A stretch of 60,324 nucleotides of DNA from Klebsiella phage phi_KPN_H2, in the sequence record OQ267593.1. One strand, 5' to 3'. Position 1 is the first letter of the stretch; every line of letters begins with the position of its first letter. Made by a program: the position numbers and the translations under genes. This document shows positions 37,448-46,646 of the stretch, piece by piece. Below the pieces are notes generated by a model that did not search any database, was not told the origin of the DNA, and was given only the letters and a program-made list of their open reading frames with translations.

Positions 37448-38004
37448 GCACAGGTAACGCATCTGTTGATAAAATCATTGATACAACTATTGGTCACGAG
37501 GGCGGTTATTCAAATAATAGCGCCGATCGTGGTGGTGCAACAATGTGGGGCATTACAGAGACTGTAGCACGTGCACATGGCTACAAAGGTGATATGCATT
37601 TATTACCACGGGCAACTGCTGTAAGCATTTATGAGGCTGATTACTGGTTCGGTCCTCGTTTTGATCTGGTACAAAAAGTTTCACCGTTAATTGCGGCTGA
37701 ACTTTTTGATACTGGCGTTAACATGGGTCCGTCAGTCCCATGCAAGTTTTTTCAACGGTGGTTGAACGTTTTCAATAATCAGCAAAAACTTTACCCTGAT
37801 TTAATCGCAGATGGTCAGATCGGACCACGAACTATCAACGCCCTTAAACAGTACTTAACCGTCCGTGGTAAAGATGCTGAAAAAGTCATGCTGCGTGCGC
37901 TGAACTGTTCACAAGGTAATCGTTACTTGGAACTGTCAGAGGCACGGGAAGCGAATGAAACGTTTACTTATGGTTGGTTACTTAATCGCGTGGGGTCACT
38001 CTGA
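37444..38004 (+). CDS. endolysin, glycoside hydrolase family 108 N-terminal domain with a C-terminal peptidoglycan-binding domain
   Basis: N-terminus ...IGHEGGYSNNSADRGGATMWGITE is the GH108 signature. Confidence 0.75.
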   Translation: MSTGNASVDKIIDTTIGHEGGYSNNSADRGGATMWGITETVARAHGYKGDMHLLPRATAVSIYEADYWFGPRFDLVQKVSPLIAAELFDTGVNMGPSVPCKFFQRWLNVFNNQQKLYPDLIADGQIGPRTINALKQYLTVRGKDAEKVMLRALNCSQGNRYLELSEAREANETFTYGWLLNRVGSL

Positions 38005-38246
38005 TGGATATGTTAAGCATGTTTCGTAATGCAGCGGGTGGTATCTCGTTAAGCCGTGCGCAGGCTGCGCTGGGTTTCCTCGTGGTAACCGGGATCCTGA
38101 TTTACCAGGCGGTTGATCAGACGTTAGATAACACCGTGCTGTTAACGTACTTCGGTTTCTGCATCGGCCAGTATGTTGGCGCTAAGAAGATCGCCGTTGA
38201 TAAGGATATCAAAGAACAGAAAATTGATGCGGGGTTGAACCCATGA
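38004..38246 (+). CDS. holin / antiholin candidate (two TM helices)
   Basis: 80-aa protein with two hydrophobic helices. Confidence 0.4.
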   Translation: MDMLSMFRNAAGGISLSRAQAALGFLVVTGILIYQAVDQTLDNTVLLTYFGFCIGQYVGAKKIAVDKDIKEQKIDAGLNP

Positions 38247-38641
38247 GTATTCGCAGCGTTGTTATCACGATAATTGCGCTTTTACTGGCTTTAGCAGCAG
38301 GTGGTATAACCTGTTATAAGGCCGGGTATAAAGCGCGAGTGAATGAAGAAAAACAGGAAAAGTTAAACGATGCTCAACAGGAGCAGTTACGTTTAAAAGC
38401 ACAGCAACAGTTGGCTGATAACGTTTTACGTGGTCTTGCTGACTGGTCACAAAATACTAAAATCGTGGAAATTCGTCATGAAAAAACTAATACTGTTTTT
38501 CGTAATGAGTGTCTTACTCCTGAATATCAGCGCTTGTACAACGAACGAGTTACCGAAGCAGAAAGCCGTTTATCAGGCCGCACTGGTTCAGAAGTGTCAG
38601 ACCGAAAACCTGCCACGGCTAAACGGTCTGACGGGAACTGA
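38243..38641 (+). CDS. i-spanin (Rz-like; N-terminal TM anchor plus coiled coil)
   Basis: TM helix IRSVVITIIALLLALAAGGITCY followed by a charged helical region. The downstream o-spanin is partly embedded in it. Confidence 0.6.
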   Translation: MSIRSVVITIIALLLALAAGGITCYKAGYKARVNEEKQEKLNDAQQEQLRLKAQQQLADNVLRGLADWSQNTKIVEIRHEKTNTVFRNECLTPEYQRLYNERVTEAESRLSGRTGSEVSDRKPATAKRSDGN

Positions 38642-38726
38642 TTCAACTGATGTGAATGATTTGTGGTTGGATATTTATTTCAAATGCGCTTATACACACA
38701 ACGCATTAGTAGACAGCCTTCAGTAA
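38478..38726 (+). CDS. o-spanin (Rz1-like outer-membrane lipoprotein)
   Basis: Signal peptide with lipobox LLNISAC. Starts inside the i-spanin gene in the +1 frame and extends beyond its end. Confidence 0.6.
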   Translation: MKKLILFFVMSVLLLNISACTTNELPKQKAVYQAALVQKCQTENLPRLNGLTGTDSTDVNDLWLDIYFKCAYTHNALVDSLQ

Positions 38727-38945
38727 TTCTTCAACGCTCACTTCAACCCATGACACCGGGACAGGATATTCAGTCCGATACATGAACAGGGACGTTCCAA
38801 TCAGACCGTTAGGATCCGTTTTAATTCCCTGCATTGCGATAAGCGGCAAGAACTGTTCACGCGTTTGTGGCAACCGTGCAAAGCGCCCCGTGGGACGTTT
38901 CGCCGGGTCCATAGGGTTAAACTCAACGATTGTTGACATAAGCAA
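38706..38945 (-). CDS. hypothetical protein
   Basis: 79-aa ORF; last gene of the leftward replication operon. Confidence 0.4.
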   Translation of the reverse strand: MLMSTIVEFNPMDPAKRPTGRFARLPQTREQFLPLIAMQGIKTDPNGLIGTSLFMYRTEYPVPVSWVEVSVEELLKAVY

Positions 38946-40254
38946 TCCTCTGTTTAGCTATTTCACAATAATGTGGGTCCATTTCGAAACCGATAAAATC
39001 AAAACCCTCAATTGCACAGGCTTTACCAGTTGAACCACTGCCTGTGAATGGATCCAGAACTTTACCGCCTGGTGGTGTAACGAGACGTACCAGCCACTGC
39101 ATCAGCGCTGTAGGTTTTACCGTAGGATGGTTATTACGTGCGCCAGATGTACGCCCGGCACCTGCACGAGGGCTGTTTAACCCGTCAGTATCAGGTTCAC
39201 GGTCTGTCATTTCAGCAGCGGTCACCATCGCTAACATAACACCTTCATCACGGTCTGATTTGCTCGCTTTAGCACAGTAGAAGAACCGCGCAGCACTCCC
39301 TGAATCACTGTAGAACTGACCTGGTAAACGATCGTTGAATTTACCATAGATACCGTTAGTAACTTCACTTTGTTCAGTCCCTTTGACGGGTGCAGCAGCG
39401 CCAGCTTTCGCCGGGAACAGGCTTACAACTTCATCTGAACCATCGTGGATAAAGTTTGCGGGCCATCGGCCTTGTGTGTCAGGCTGGTTAGCAGTTGACG
39501 GATTATAATTATCAGACAAACCTGTTATTGACGGCCTACCGTTTGCAGAGGATTTAAAATCGCCATTCAATTCTGTTCGACAATCATCAATATTCATCCC
39601 ACCCGTACCGAACTTCAGGACGTTTTCAGCAACATTTCCTGCCAGTGGTTTACGTGCAACGCAAATTGGCTCGTGAGCAGGTTTCAAAGCTGTTCCCCAT
39701 CCTTGCCATTGTTTTGCTTCGTCGGTGACTGGTGCTAGAATATCAGGAACCCCACCGACATATGTTCCGTAATCATTATCTCCCGCATCTGAACCAAATG
39801 ATCGGCTATTGTGTCTTGCGCTCTTACCGATCACTTCACTACGTTCAGCGCCTGCCGCTTTATCAATAGCCTTACTCACGTCTAACGATTTAGGGAAACC
39901 AGAACCGTAAACCCAATCAATTTGATCGCGGATTTCAAATCCTGCTAAACGGATTGCGAGCGTTCCCAGGTCATAGGTACGTGTTCCGAAAAACGCCAAC
40001 AGGTGACCACCTGGTTTCAGGACACGGAAAACTTCTTTCCAGATTGATGGACCTGGTACAAAGCTATCCCACGTTTTACCCATGAAACCACCACCTGTAT
40101 GAACATAGTCATCACCGTTTAACCAATGGCGTAAAACTTCGTTCATATCAGGTTGTTTACTGAGTCCGTAAGGCGGATCCGTCACGACTGCATCGATACT
40201 ATTATCAGCGATCATCATACGCATACCGATTAGACATTCGAGATTAATCACCAT
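38923..40254 (-). CDS. DNA methyltransferase, beta class (N6-adenine or N4-cytosine)
   Basis: Motif IV DPPYG at the N-terminus and motif I FTGSGST near the C-terminus, with a long insertion between them. Confidence 0.75.
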   Translation of the reverse strand: MVINLECLIGMRMMIADNSIDAVVTDPPYGLSKQPDMNEVLRHWLNGDDYVHTGGGFMGKTWDSFVPGPSIWKEVFRVLKPGGHLLAFFGTRTYDLGTLAIRLAGFEIRDQIDWVYGSGFPKSLDVSKAIDKAAGAERSEVIGKSARHNSRSFGSDAGDNDYGTYVGGVPDILAPVTDEAKQWQGWGTALKPAHEPICVARKPLAGNVAENVLKFGTGGMNIDDCRTELNGDFKSSANGRPSITGLSDNYNPSTANQPDTQGRWPANFIHDGSDEVVSLFPAKAGAAAPVKGTEQSEVTNGIYGKFNDRLPGQFYSDSGSAARFFYCAKASKSDRDEGVMLAMVTAAEMTDREPDTDGLNSPRAGAGRTSGARNNHPTVKPTALMQWLVRLVTPPGGKVLDPFTGSGSTGKACAIEGFDFIGFEMDPHYCEIAKQRIAYVNNR

Positions 40255-40594
40255 GTGGGATACTCTCCACGCTGTAATAAACGGGGATCCTTAATCGTTC
40301 AGCCTCTGCGATTTCAGCAATAGTCCCATGCGAACGACGGTAATCAGGAAGCACCAGAACAGCGTCACAGCGGCGCATAACTTCCAGTGTCCCTGACAGG
40401 TAGTATTCAGGCTGAATGTTGCGTAACCCGCCGTCAAAGTCCCATAGTTCGGTGTTCTTGTGTGGGATAACCGGGAACCATTCAGGACGCTCTAACGTCA
40501 GACGCTTACCCATTTGTTCAGCACGGGACACGTTACGGGAGGTTTTAAGCGCACATTCAGCACGGTAAGGCCCGGCAATATAGCAAAGTTTCAT
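40244..40594 (-). CDS. nucleoside 2-deoxyribosyltransferase / DNPH1 (Rcl)-like fold protein (DUF4406-like)
   Basis: YIAGPY N-terminal motif and C-terminal ...GTIAEIAEAERLRIPVY resemble the NDT/DNPH1 family. Confidence 0.4.
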   Translation of the reverse strand: MKLCYIAGPYRAECALKTSRNVSRAEQMGKRLTLERPEWFPVIPHKNTELWDFDGGLRNIQPEYYLSGTLEVMRRCDAVLVLPDYRRSHGTIAEIAEAERLRIPVYYSVESIPHGD

Positions 40595-40977
40595 TATTTG
40601 TTTTCCTGCATTTGTAAGAATACGATCATCGCAGCGCGGAGTGGGTTTACGTCAGTGACAGCACTGTCACTTGCATAAAAACAAACGTCAAAATCTCCGG
40701 TAATCCCATCAATTACGGTATCAACCGGTGCCGCAATCCATTTATCATTAAGTGATACGATGCTTATCTTGTTAGCAACAATAATCGGCCATGCATCCGC
40801 TGGGTTGTTGCAATAATCCCTTGAAAAACCACCGTAACCATTATGCATATAGACAATGGATGTATTTTGTGGAAACGACTTATTTTCGCATTCTGGTGAT
40901 TTTCGCAAATCATGCCAAAAAACATCACAAATCATCTTGTTAATATCAAAGTCACTCAACTTACTGTAATCAGTCAT
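40594..40977 (-). CDS. hypothetical protein
   Basis: 127-aa ORF. Confidence 0.45.
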   Translation of the reverse strand: MTDYSKLSDFDINKMICDVFWHDLRKSPECENKSFPQNTSIVYMHNGYGGFSRDYCNNPADAWPIIVANKISIVSLNDKWIAAPVDTVIDGITGDFDVCFYASDSAVTDVNPLRAAMIVFLQMQENK

Positions 40978-41506
40978 GACGTTTCATTCCTTCCAACATA
41001 TCCCAGATGATAGCCACACGGCGCGGGTTAGTGCTGATCGAATGCAGGGTTTCGCACCCGTGGTGATAGCCCCAACGAACAGATAATTCTGATAACAGGT
41101 AACCGCGAGTATTAGCCAGTTCTGCCAGTTCACCCGGCGCGAAAATAGTTGTGTTCGGTTCTGTCAGAACATGCGATCCGAAAATTGCGTCAGTGATGCG
41201 CCACGGTTTCATGAGGTCGTCAACCATGTACCAGTTACTGATACTGATTTCAGAAACACCCCAGCGTGCAGCCAGTTTCAAACGTTCCTGGCGCGGCGGG
41301 AAAACAGGCATTCGTGGTAAACGCAGTTCGGTAAGTTCTGCAGGCTCAAACAGCGCGTCATCGGTCAAACGGAATTCACCACGGTCATCGATATAGAAAC
41401 CACGGGATTTCCCGTCGCGGATAAAACCATCAACGCGATTGTAAACTTTACCCGGCGTAAACACGCCAATGGTGGAACCAGAAATGAATTTATGTGAAGT
41501 ATGCAT
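40970..41506 (-). CDS. hypothetical protein
   Basis: 178-aa ORF. Confidence 0.45.
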   Translation of the reverse strand: MHTSHKFISGSTIGVFTPGKVYNRVDGFIRDGKSRGFYIDDRGEFRLTDDALFEPAELTELRLPRMPVFPPRQERLKLAARWGVSEISISNWYMVDDLMKPWRITDAIFGSHVLTEPNTTIFAPGELAELANTRGYLLSELSVRWGYHHGCETLHSISTNPRRVAIIWDMLEGMKRHD

Positions 41507-41546
41507 TGTTTATCGCCTCAGTAAGTTTTAAATAATTCTATACGGT

Positions 41547-43430
41547 TTACCGTAATGGCGCAACCAGCTTTTCAGCCTCTTTTATGTAAAACTCATAGTT
41601 CAGCGTTGTCCGGTTGAAGCGCTGCATGTTGTTACATTCTGTCACTGTCCAGCCTTTGCATACTGCCATGTGTCGTTCTGGTGCGTTAGGATCCAGTTTA
41701 AGATTTTTAGCCAGTGGTGGCATGACTTTAACTAAAGGTGCACCATCAGTGCTGACGTAATAACGTGTAATGTTTTGAACCTGCTGATCGCCACACATTA
41801 ATTTGCTGTTGCGGGGAACTTTCGTTACCAGCATGAAATCGTGAATATCTTCATGTGTTGTTATAAACTTACGAATATCTTTGCCATATACCAGTGCGGC
41901 TTCAGCAGCTTTTGCGACAACCTGCATACTGTGGTTTTGATGCCAACCCAAATCACCATTTTTATTCTGTTCAGTCTTAGTTGTGTGGCAATACGCACCT
42001 TTGCGTTTAACCTTTTTTCCACCTTCATACACTGCAATATAGTTATTCACATCACGGATAAACATCACATCATAAATTGCTTCTTCTAATTCCAGCCGTG
42101 TAAGTTTTTCCCAAGCGTGACGAACCTGTTCAACTTGTCTAGTGAAAACACGAGGAACATAAACAGTAAGACCATCAGTATTTGCCTGAATCATTGAAAG
42201 ACCAGGGATTTTCATCAACTCTTCGGCTAACATGCAAAGTAGTAACTGACCGTTGATAGTAATCGCCATCGTATAAGCTGGATCATAAAATGGACTATAC
42301 ACATTATTACTGTCACCATAGACACCGTTCAGTGCGAGTTTAAGCATTGCGTTTTCCGGTGTGCCTTTTGGATAACCAGAACGCATATCGTAAACATTTT
42401 TATAAATAATGCAGAACTGTTTACCCAAATGTTCTGGAAAAAGCTCATTACTGATCGCCAGGTTAGGGTAAAAACTTGCAACGTCCAGATCGATAATCAC
42501 ATAGTTTTCAGTTGAACGGATGGTTTGTGATTCAATAGATCCGTGGATGCCACCTGTACCAAAATCAAATGAAAAGCCGTTAATAGTAGCGCTCAGATCA
42601 GTAAATACACCTTTAGTTTCTGTAATGACTTGCTGACGTAACCAGTTTAAGACACGGTTGAATTCAGGCTGTTCAAAATGAATGTAAGGGAATATAACAT
42701 CGTTAAGTGCAATAGATGATCTGATAGTTTGCCGTGGTCTTTTGCCTGGTCCTGGGTGATAACATTCAATGCCGGATTTTTCAAGTTCCATAATGAAATA
42801 ATCTTTGCCGATTTTAGTATCATTATGGTTCATGAAATTTCGATTATACTTCTCGGAAAGTTCACGGCGAAAATCTATCAACTTTTTACTGTGACCATGA
42901 AACATCAAAGTAGCTTTAAGGTCGTGTATCAAATACTGACGAAGTTTATCAATTTGTTCATCAGTCAAATAAGTACCCGGTGAGAATGGCAGATCTTCAA
43001 TATTTTCCATTCTCATATTGAACTCAAGCGTTTTTAAACTTGTTCTTTTTGCCTGGTTATCAAAGTGGTGAATCTTATAAAGATCGATTTGTGGAACAAT
43101 CCAGTCACTTTCCCACACCATGTGAGCAAAACGATTATCATCGCCACAGTTAATGATAGCATCACCTTTACGATAAATATCAGCATTAGTGATGTACATG
43201 ATATTATTGAGTATCGAATGTTGAACAGGGTAGTCATAACCAATGTTGTTATAACCCACTTCTTCAGCACCATGTTCACGAAGAAATTCAGTGAACATAT
43301 AATACGCCTGACGATCATCGCGGCGATGCGAGATTTCAAATATATAAGGCGTTCCCGTTAAAGCGTGAATAGCACCAAATAACCACACGTTAGGGTAATT
43401 TTCAATATCGTAAATGTAAGCGTCTGACAT
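41547..43430 (-). CDS. DNA polymerase with 3'-5' exonuclease domain; motifs look family-B-like
   Basis: Exo I YDIE, Exo II YNNIGYDYP, Exo III YLIHD; polymerase motifs DLDVASFYPNL (Dx2SLYPS-like), KLALNGVYG (Kx3NSxYG-like) and ANTDGL (YxDTDS-like). Confidence 0.6.
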   Translation of the reverse strand: MSDAYIYDIENYPNVWLFGAIHALTGTPYIFEISHRRDDRQAYYMFTEFLREHGAEEVGYNNIGYDYPVQHSILNNIMYITNADIYRKGDAIINCGDDNRFAHMVWESDWIVPQIDLYKIHHFDNQAKRTSLKTLEFNMRMENIEDLPFSPGTYLTDEQIDKLRQYLIHDLKATLMFHGHSKKLIDFRRELSEKYNRNFMNHNDTKIGKDYFIMELEKSGIECYHPGPGKRPRQTIRSSIALNDVIFPYIHFEQPEFNRVLNWLRQQVITETKGVFTDLSATINGFSFDFGTGGIHGSIESQTIRSTENYVIIDLDVASFYPNLAISNELFPEHLGKQFCIIYKNVYDMRSGYPKGTPENAMLKLALNGVYGDSNNVYSPFYDPAYTMAITINGQLLLCMLAEELMKIPGLSMIQANTDGLTVYVPRVFTRQVEQVRHAWEKLTRLELEEAIYDVMFIRDVNNYIAVYEGGKKVKRKGAYCHTTKTEQNKNGDLGWHQNHSMQVVAKAAEAALVYGKDIRKFITTHEDIHDFMLVTKVPRNSKLMCGDQQVQNITRYYVSTDGAPLVKVMPPLAKNLKLDPNAPERHMAVCKGWTVTECNNMQRFNRTTLNYEFYIKEAEKLVAPLR

Positions 43431-43509
43431 AGTAAATCCTGATAAGTAAATGGGGCGCTATGGCCCCATGTCTGTTTAAAGCGGTATGTCGTCCCAGTTC
43501 CAGTAACTA

Positions 43510-44430
43510 TCAGTAACCGTTACCCGTGAGAAACCCTGGCGCGGGAGTGGTCATAACCATGTAACCCTGATCAATCATTGCCTGATCTGTCCAGCCACCT
43601 GCAACAAACTGTTCATAAGTTGCACCACCCGCTTTTTCAGTCATCACTTTCACAGGTGCTGCCGCTGGTGTAGGCGCTGCTACAGGTGCTGCCGCTGGTG
43701 TAGGCGCTGCTACAGGTGCTGCCGCTGGTGTAGGCGCTGCTACAGGTGCTGCCGCTGGTGTAGGCGCTGCTACAGGTGCTGCCGCTGGTGTAGGCGCTGG
43801 TGTAGGCGCTGCTACAGGTGTAGGCGCTGCGCCGATCGCAGTAGCGCCTGCTGGCATTGCTGGTACAGCACCAAACACAGAAGCAGGAGCCGGACCAGAA
43901 ATGATTTCTTCACCTGCGTATAGCAGTTGCGCCATTTCCATATTGATATACATCCCCGCCTGATTGCCAGTACGACCATTAGGAGACGTTGAGCCGCTAA
44001 TACGGTAATAGTAGCCTTTTTTGGCCTGATTTTTATCGATCACAGGCTGGAATTGTGCGTTATACAACGGGCAAGCATCGATCGCCACGTTGCGTGAAAA
44101 TCCGATTACCCAGTGACCAGGGTAACCCGTTTTTCCAGCATGTTTTGGATCGTCACCATTCGTGATTTTCCATGCAAAAGTTGGTTGTTGCGTTTCACCA
44201 TTTACATAGTGTGCGCCAGCAGCTTTCAAAATTGCCTGGAATACCACACCCAGTTCACCTTGTTCTTCCCACCAGTTCGCGGCGGTTTTAGGAAACGCCA
44301 GGCCAACCCACCAGTTGTATTTTTCAGGTGCGAGCGGTTTGTTTTCATGATCGCTGGTATTCATATCAAAGAACGAGCCACCAACTAGACGACCAACCGG
44401 AGTGACGAATTTTTCAACAATCTTAGCCAT
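43510..44430 (-). CDS. T7 gp2.5-like / DUF2815-like ssDNA-binding protein candidate with (PAAAPVAAPT)n linker
   Basis: Sits between the Cas4-like nuclease and the polymerase, as in many phage replication modules. Contains five 30-bp tandem repeats at 43651-43800. Confidence 0.35.
   Translation of the reverse strand: MAKIVEKFVTPVGRLVGGSFFDMNTSDHENKPLAPEKYNWWVGLAFPKTAANWWEEQGELGVVFQAILKAAGAHYVNGETQQPTFAWKITNGDDPKHAGKTGYPGHWVIGFSRNVAIDACPLYNAQFQPVIDKNQAKKGYYYRISGSTSPNGRTGNQAGMYINMEMAQLLYAGEEIISGPAPASVFGAVPAMPAGATAIGAAPTPVAAPTPAPTPAAAPVAAPTPAAAPVAAPTPAAAPVAAPTPAAAPVAAPTPAAAPVKVMTEKAGGATYEQFVAGGWTDQAMIDQGYMVMTTPAPGFLTGNGY
43651..43800 (-). repeat. 30-bp tandem repeat x5 encoding (PAAAPVAAPT)n
   Basis: TACAGGTGCTGCCGCTGGTGTAGGCGCTGC appears five times on the + strand. 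Confidence 0.85.
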
Positions 44431-44442
44431 GTTACTTACCTT

Positions 44443-45588
44443 TTATAACGGACGTGCGCCAGCGGGCATCGTCGCAGGAGTATTAAAAATGGATTCAGCC
44501 ATTGTGCTAAAACCAGTTCGAGCATCGGTATCAGGCACTAACGCAAACTGACCTTCAGGTTTCGTTGTGCACATATCAACCAGTTCTTTCGGTAATGTTT
44601 TTTCCAGAGTAGCCAGAGTTTTCAATTTACGTTCGTAAAGCGTATCAGGGTTGACACCAAACATAGGCGCAATACCAATCAGTTTCCCTTCATCGGTTAA
44701 CTGACGTTTCGTTTGTTTCGGAGCCAGTTTAAAACCGGGTAACGGTTTACCTTGTCGAACGAAATGCAAACCCTGAATGTGCAACGCTGTTTTTGCATCG
44801 CTTGCCCGTGAATAAAGTTCCTCCAGAAGCAGTAAACGTTGTCCCACTTCTTCAGGGGTTAATGATGGTGGTGCATCCAGAACGGTAGCCAATTCTGTGA
44901 TCCTCTCATAAAGAGCCGGGCATAAACCACGGGCCGGGCAATAATGACAATGTTCACCAACAACCAACGGTGCATCAATTTTGTGAGCATCAGCGAAACC
45001 TTTTTTAAACCGATCCGCCCACTCCATTAACACGCCGCGTGAAAACTGCCAGCGCCTTACAGGCCCGTCAGGATGCCACGCACGGGGTTGAATAACGGTG
45101 AATACCACTTGTTTAACTGAACTAATACACCGTTGATCAAGCGCATAGTAAACACCCTGTGAGTTACCAACAGCATCAATCGCCTTATGCCCGTATTTGT
45201 AATCCCAGATATACAGGGTATCAGTTAAAAAATCGTACCAGCGATAATCACAGATCCCGTATTGCCCCGGCAACAACCAGTCAATGTGGATGCGAACTTC
45301 TGAAAACAGCGGATCGACTTTTGCACCAACTGATAAAATATCAGCAATGAATTCATCAGCATGTTCATGCATATCATCAGTTACGGTAATACCGTTTGGT
45401 GCAACACAAGGCATTAGTGGTGACTTACCTTTAATCTTTTGTTCAAGCACCCAGTGAGCCGCTTTACCTTCATGCTTGCTTTGACTTAAAGGTTCGTCAA
45501 AGTCGATCCGCTGTGACAGTTGAACGCTACCCGGACAAGATAACCAACGTTTAGAACCACTGGCACTAAAGGTAGCGTTGCGTGTCAT
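44443..45588 (-). CDS. PD-(D/E)XK nuclease with Cas4/AddB-type Fe-S cysteine cluster (DUF2800-like)
   Basis: One N-terminal Cys (WLSCPG) plus C-terminal C-x2-C-x5-C (CHYCPARGLCP). Nuclease-like D...D-Y-K core. Confidence 0.55.
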   Translation of the reverse strand: MTRNATFSASGSKRWLSCPGSVQLSQRIDFDEPLSQSKHEGKAAHWVLEQKIKGKSPLMPCVAPNGITVTDDMHEHADEFIADILSVGAKVDPLFSEVRIHIDWLLPGQYGICDYRWYDFLTDTLYIWDYKYGHKAIDAVGNSQGVYYALDQRCISSVKQVVFTVIQPRAWHPDGPVRRWQFSRGVLMEWADRFKKGFADAHKIDAPLVVGEHCHYCPARGLCPALYERITELATVLDAPPSLTPEEVGQRLLLLEELYSRASDAKTALHIQGLHFVRQGKPLPGFKLAPKQTKRQLTDEGKLIGIAPMFGVNPDTLYERKLKTLATLEKTLPKELVDMCTTKPEGQFALVPDTDARTGFSTMAESIFNTPATMPAGARPL

Positions 45589-46382
45589 CAGAAGGATCCG
45601 CCCATATTTTTGCTGACTTCTGCCTGACCCAGAATATTTTCAGCATCAGCAGGTGTCTGGTTGATACGCTCGATCAGGTCGATTGCAGATTTCAGTTGTG
45701 CAGGATCAGACAACGCCATGATATTCTGCGTGTTATACAGTGCCAGGATACGCTGACTAATCGGCGCGGCGCGATCGCCGGTGATCTGGCCGAACATCTG
45801 CATCAGTGCAGACTGCAACACCTGACTGTTGTAAACTTTCGCTGGTTCTGATTCCACTGGCGGAACGTTAGCCGGAGCAGCCGGAACGGTGTTCACTGGT
45901 GCTGCTGGAACCGGGTTAGCGGGTGCAACAGGTACAGCAGGAGTCGGATCGACTGGCGCAACATAACCCGGCGCAAGTTCAGCGGGTCCGGTATAACGTC
46001 CGGCTGCTGCGGCTTCTGCGATCAGTTCGCGTTTCACTTTGTCCAGGAAAACTTCATCCAGTTTTTTACGCTGACGCCACAGGCCATCGCCTTTATTGAT
46101 AGATTTGCTGTCAGTGTGAATACGCGGATCGTGGCGCAGACCCCATGCGTCGAATTCGTCGGTGCTGGTTTCACCTTCTTCACCGTCATCAGATCCGGTA
46201 ACTGGCGCTGCTGGTGTAACGATCGGTAAGTTGGGATGCTGTGCAGCGATTAGTGCCTCTTTGGCGACACCATCACCAGCAACTGTCATAAGCGGCGCGG
46301 CACCAGTAGCAATAGCATTTGCCAGATTGTTGATCGCAGTTTCCAGACCCGGAGCGGTGATAAGCAATTTAACTTCAAACAT
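45588..46382 (-). CDS. hypothetical protein with a Pro/Ala/Val-rich linker
   Basis: Track ORF 45588..46451. Start moved to the Met that has an AAGGAA SD. First gene after the conserved promoter at 46441-46464. Confidence 0.5.
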   Translation of the reverse strand: MFEVKLLITAPGLETAINNLANAIATGAAPLMTVAGDGVAKEALIAAQHPNLPIVTPAAPVTGSDDGEEGETSTDEFDAWGLRHDPRIHTDSKSINKGDGLWRQRKKLDEVFLDKVKRELIAEAAAAGRYTGPAELAPGYVAPVDPTPAVPVAPANPVPAAPVNTVPAAPANVPPVESEPAKVYNSQVLQSALMQMFGQITGDRAAPISQRILALYNTQNIMALSDPAQLKSAIDLIERINQTPADAENILGQAEVSKNMGGSF

Positions 46383-46437
46383 AGTTGGTTCCTTGTGTGG
46401 TTGATTGGTTGCTACGTGGCTAAGGTTACGAGTCAGG

Positions 46438-46466
46438 TTGCAATGTGTCAAGAATTATTTTATGAT
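46438..46466. promoter_or_regulatory. conserved promoter element copy 8 (minus orientation, TTGACA), overlapped by a candidate + strand promoter TTGCAA-17-TATGAT
   Basis: Minus orientation: TGTCAAGAATTATTTTA. Plus orientation: TTGCAA 46438-46443, a 17-nt spacer, TATGAT 46461-46466, upstream of 46497. Confidence 0.5.
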
Positions 46467-46496
46467 TATTTCACATTCAAAACGGAGATAAACCGA

Positions 46497-46646
46497 TGAT
46501 TACTGATCTGTATAGTTTCATTCGTCATAACGTATTTTTCGATCGCGTAACAGGTAAGTATGTTTTCAGAGGTCGTGAGTTTAAACGAAACGGACAAGCA
46601 CAGAAAGCCGCGCGTGACGCATACGTTAAGGAGAACCGCGCGTGAG
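46497..46646 (+). CDS. small hypothetical protein (49 aa)
   Basis: GGAGA SD. Its stop overlaps the GTG start of the helicase gene. Confidence 0.35.

Noticed and set aside
41547-43430. Considered protein-primed (phi29-like) replication because of the family-B-like polymerase
   Set aside because: The genome encodes a D5-type primase-helicase and an SF2 helicase and shows terminal redundancy or permutation rather than inverted terminal repeats. No terminal-protein-like gene was seen.
21783-43800. Tandem repeat arrays considered as CRISPR-like
   Set aside because: The units are 12 and 30 bp with no spacers. They lie inside ORFs and encode low-complexity linkers, so this is not a CRISPR array.
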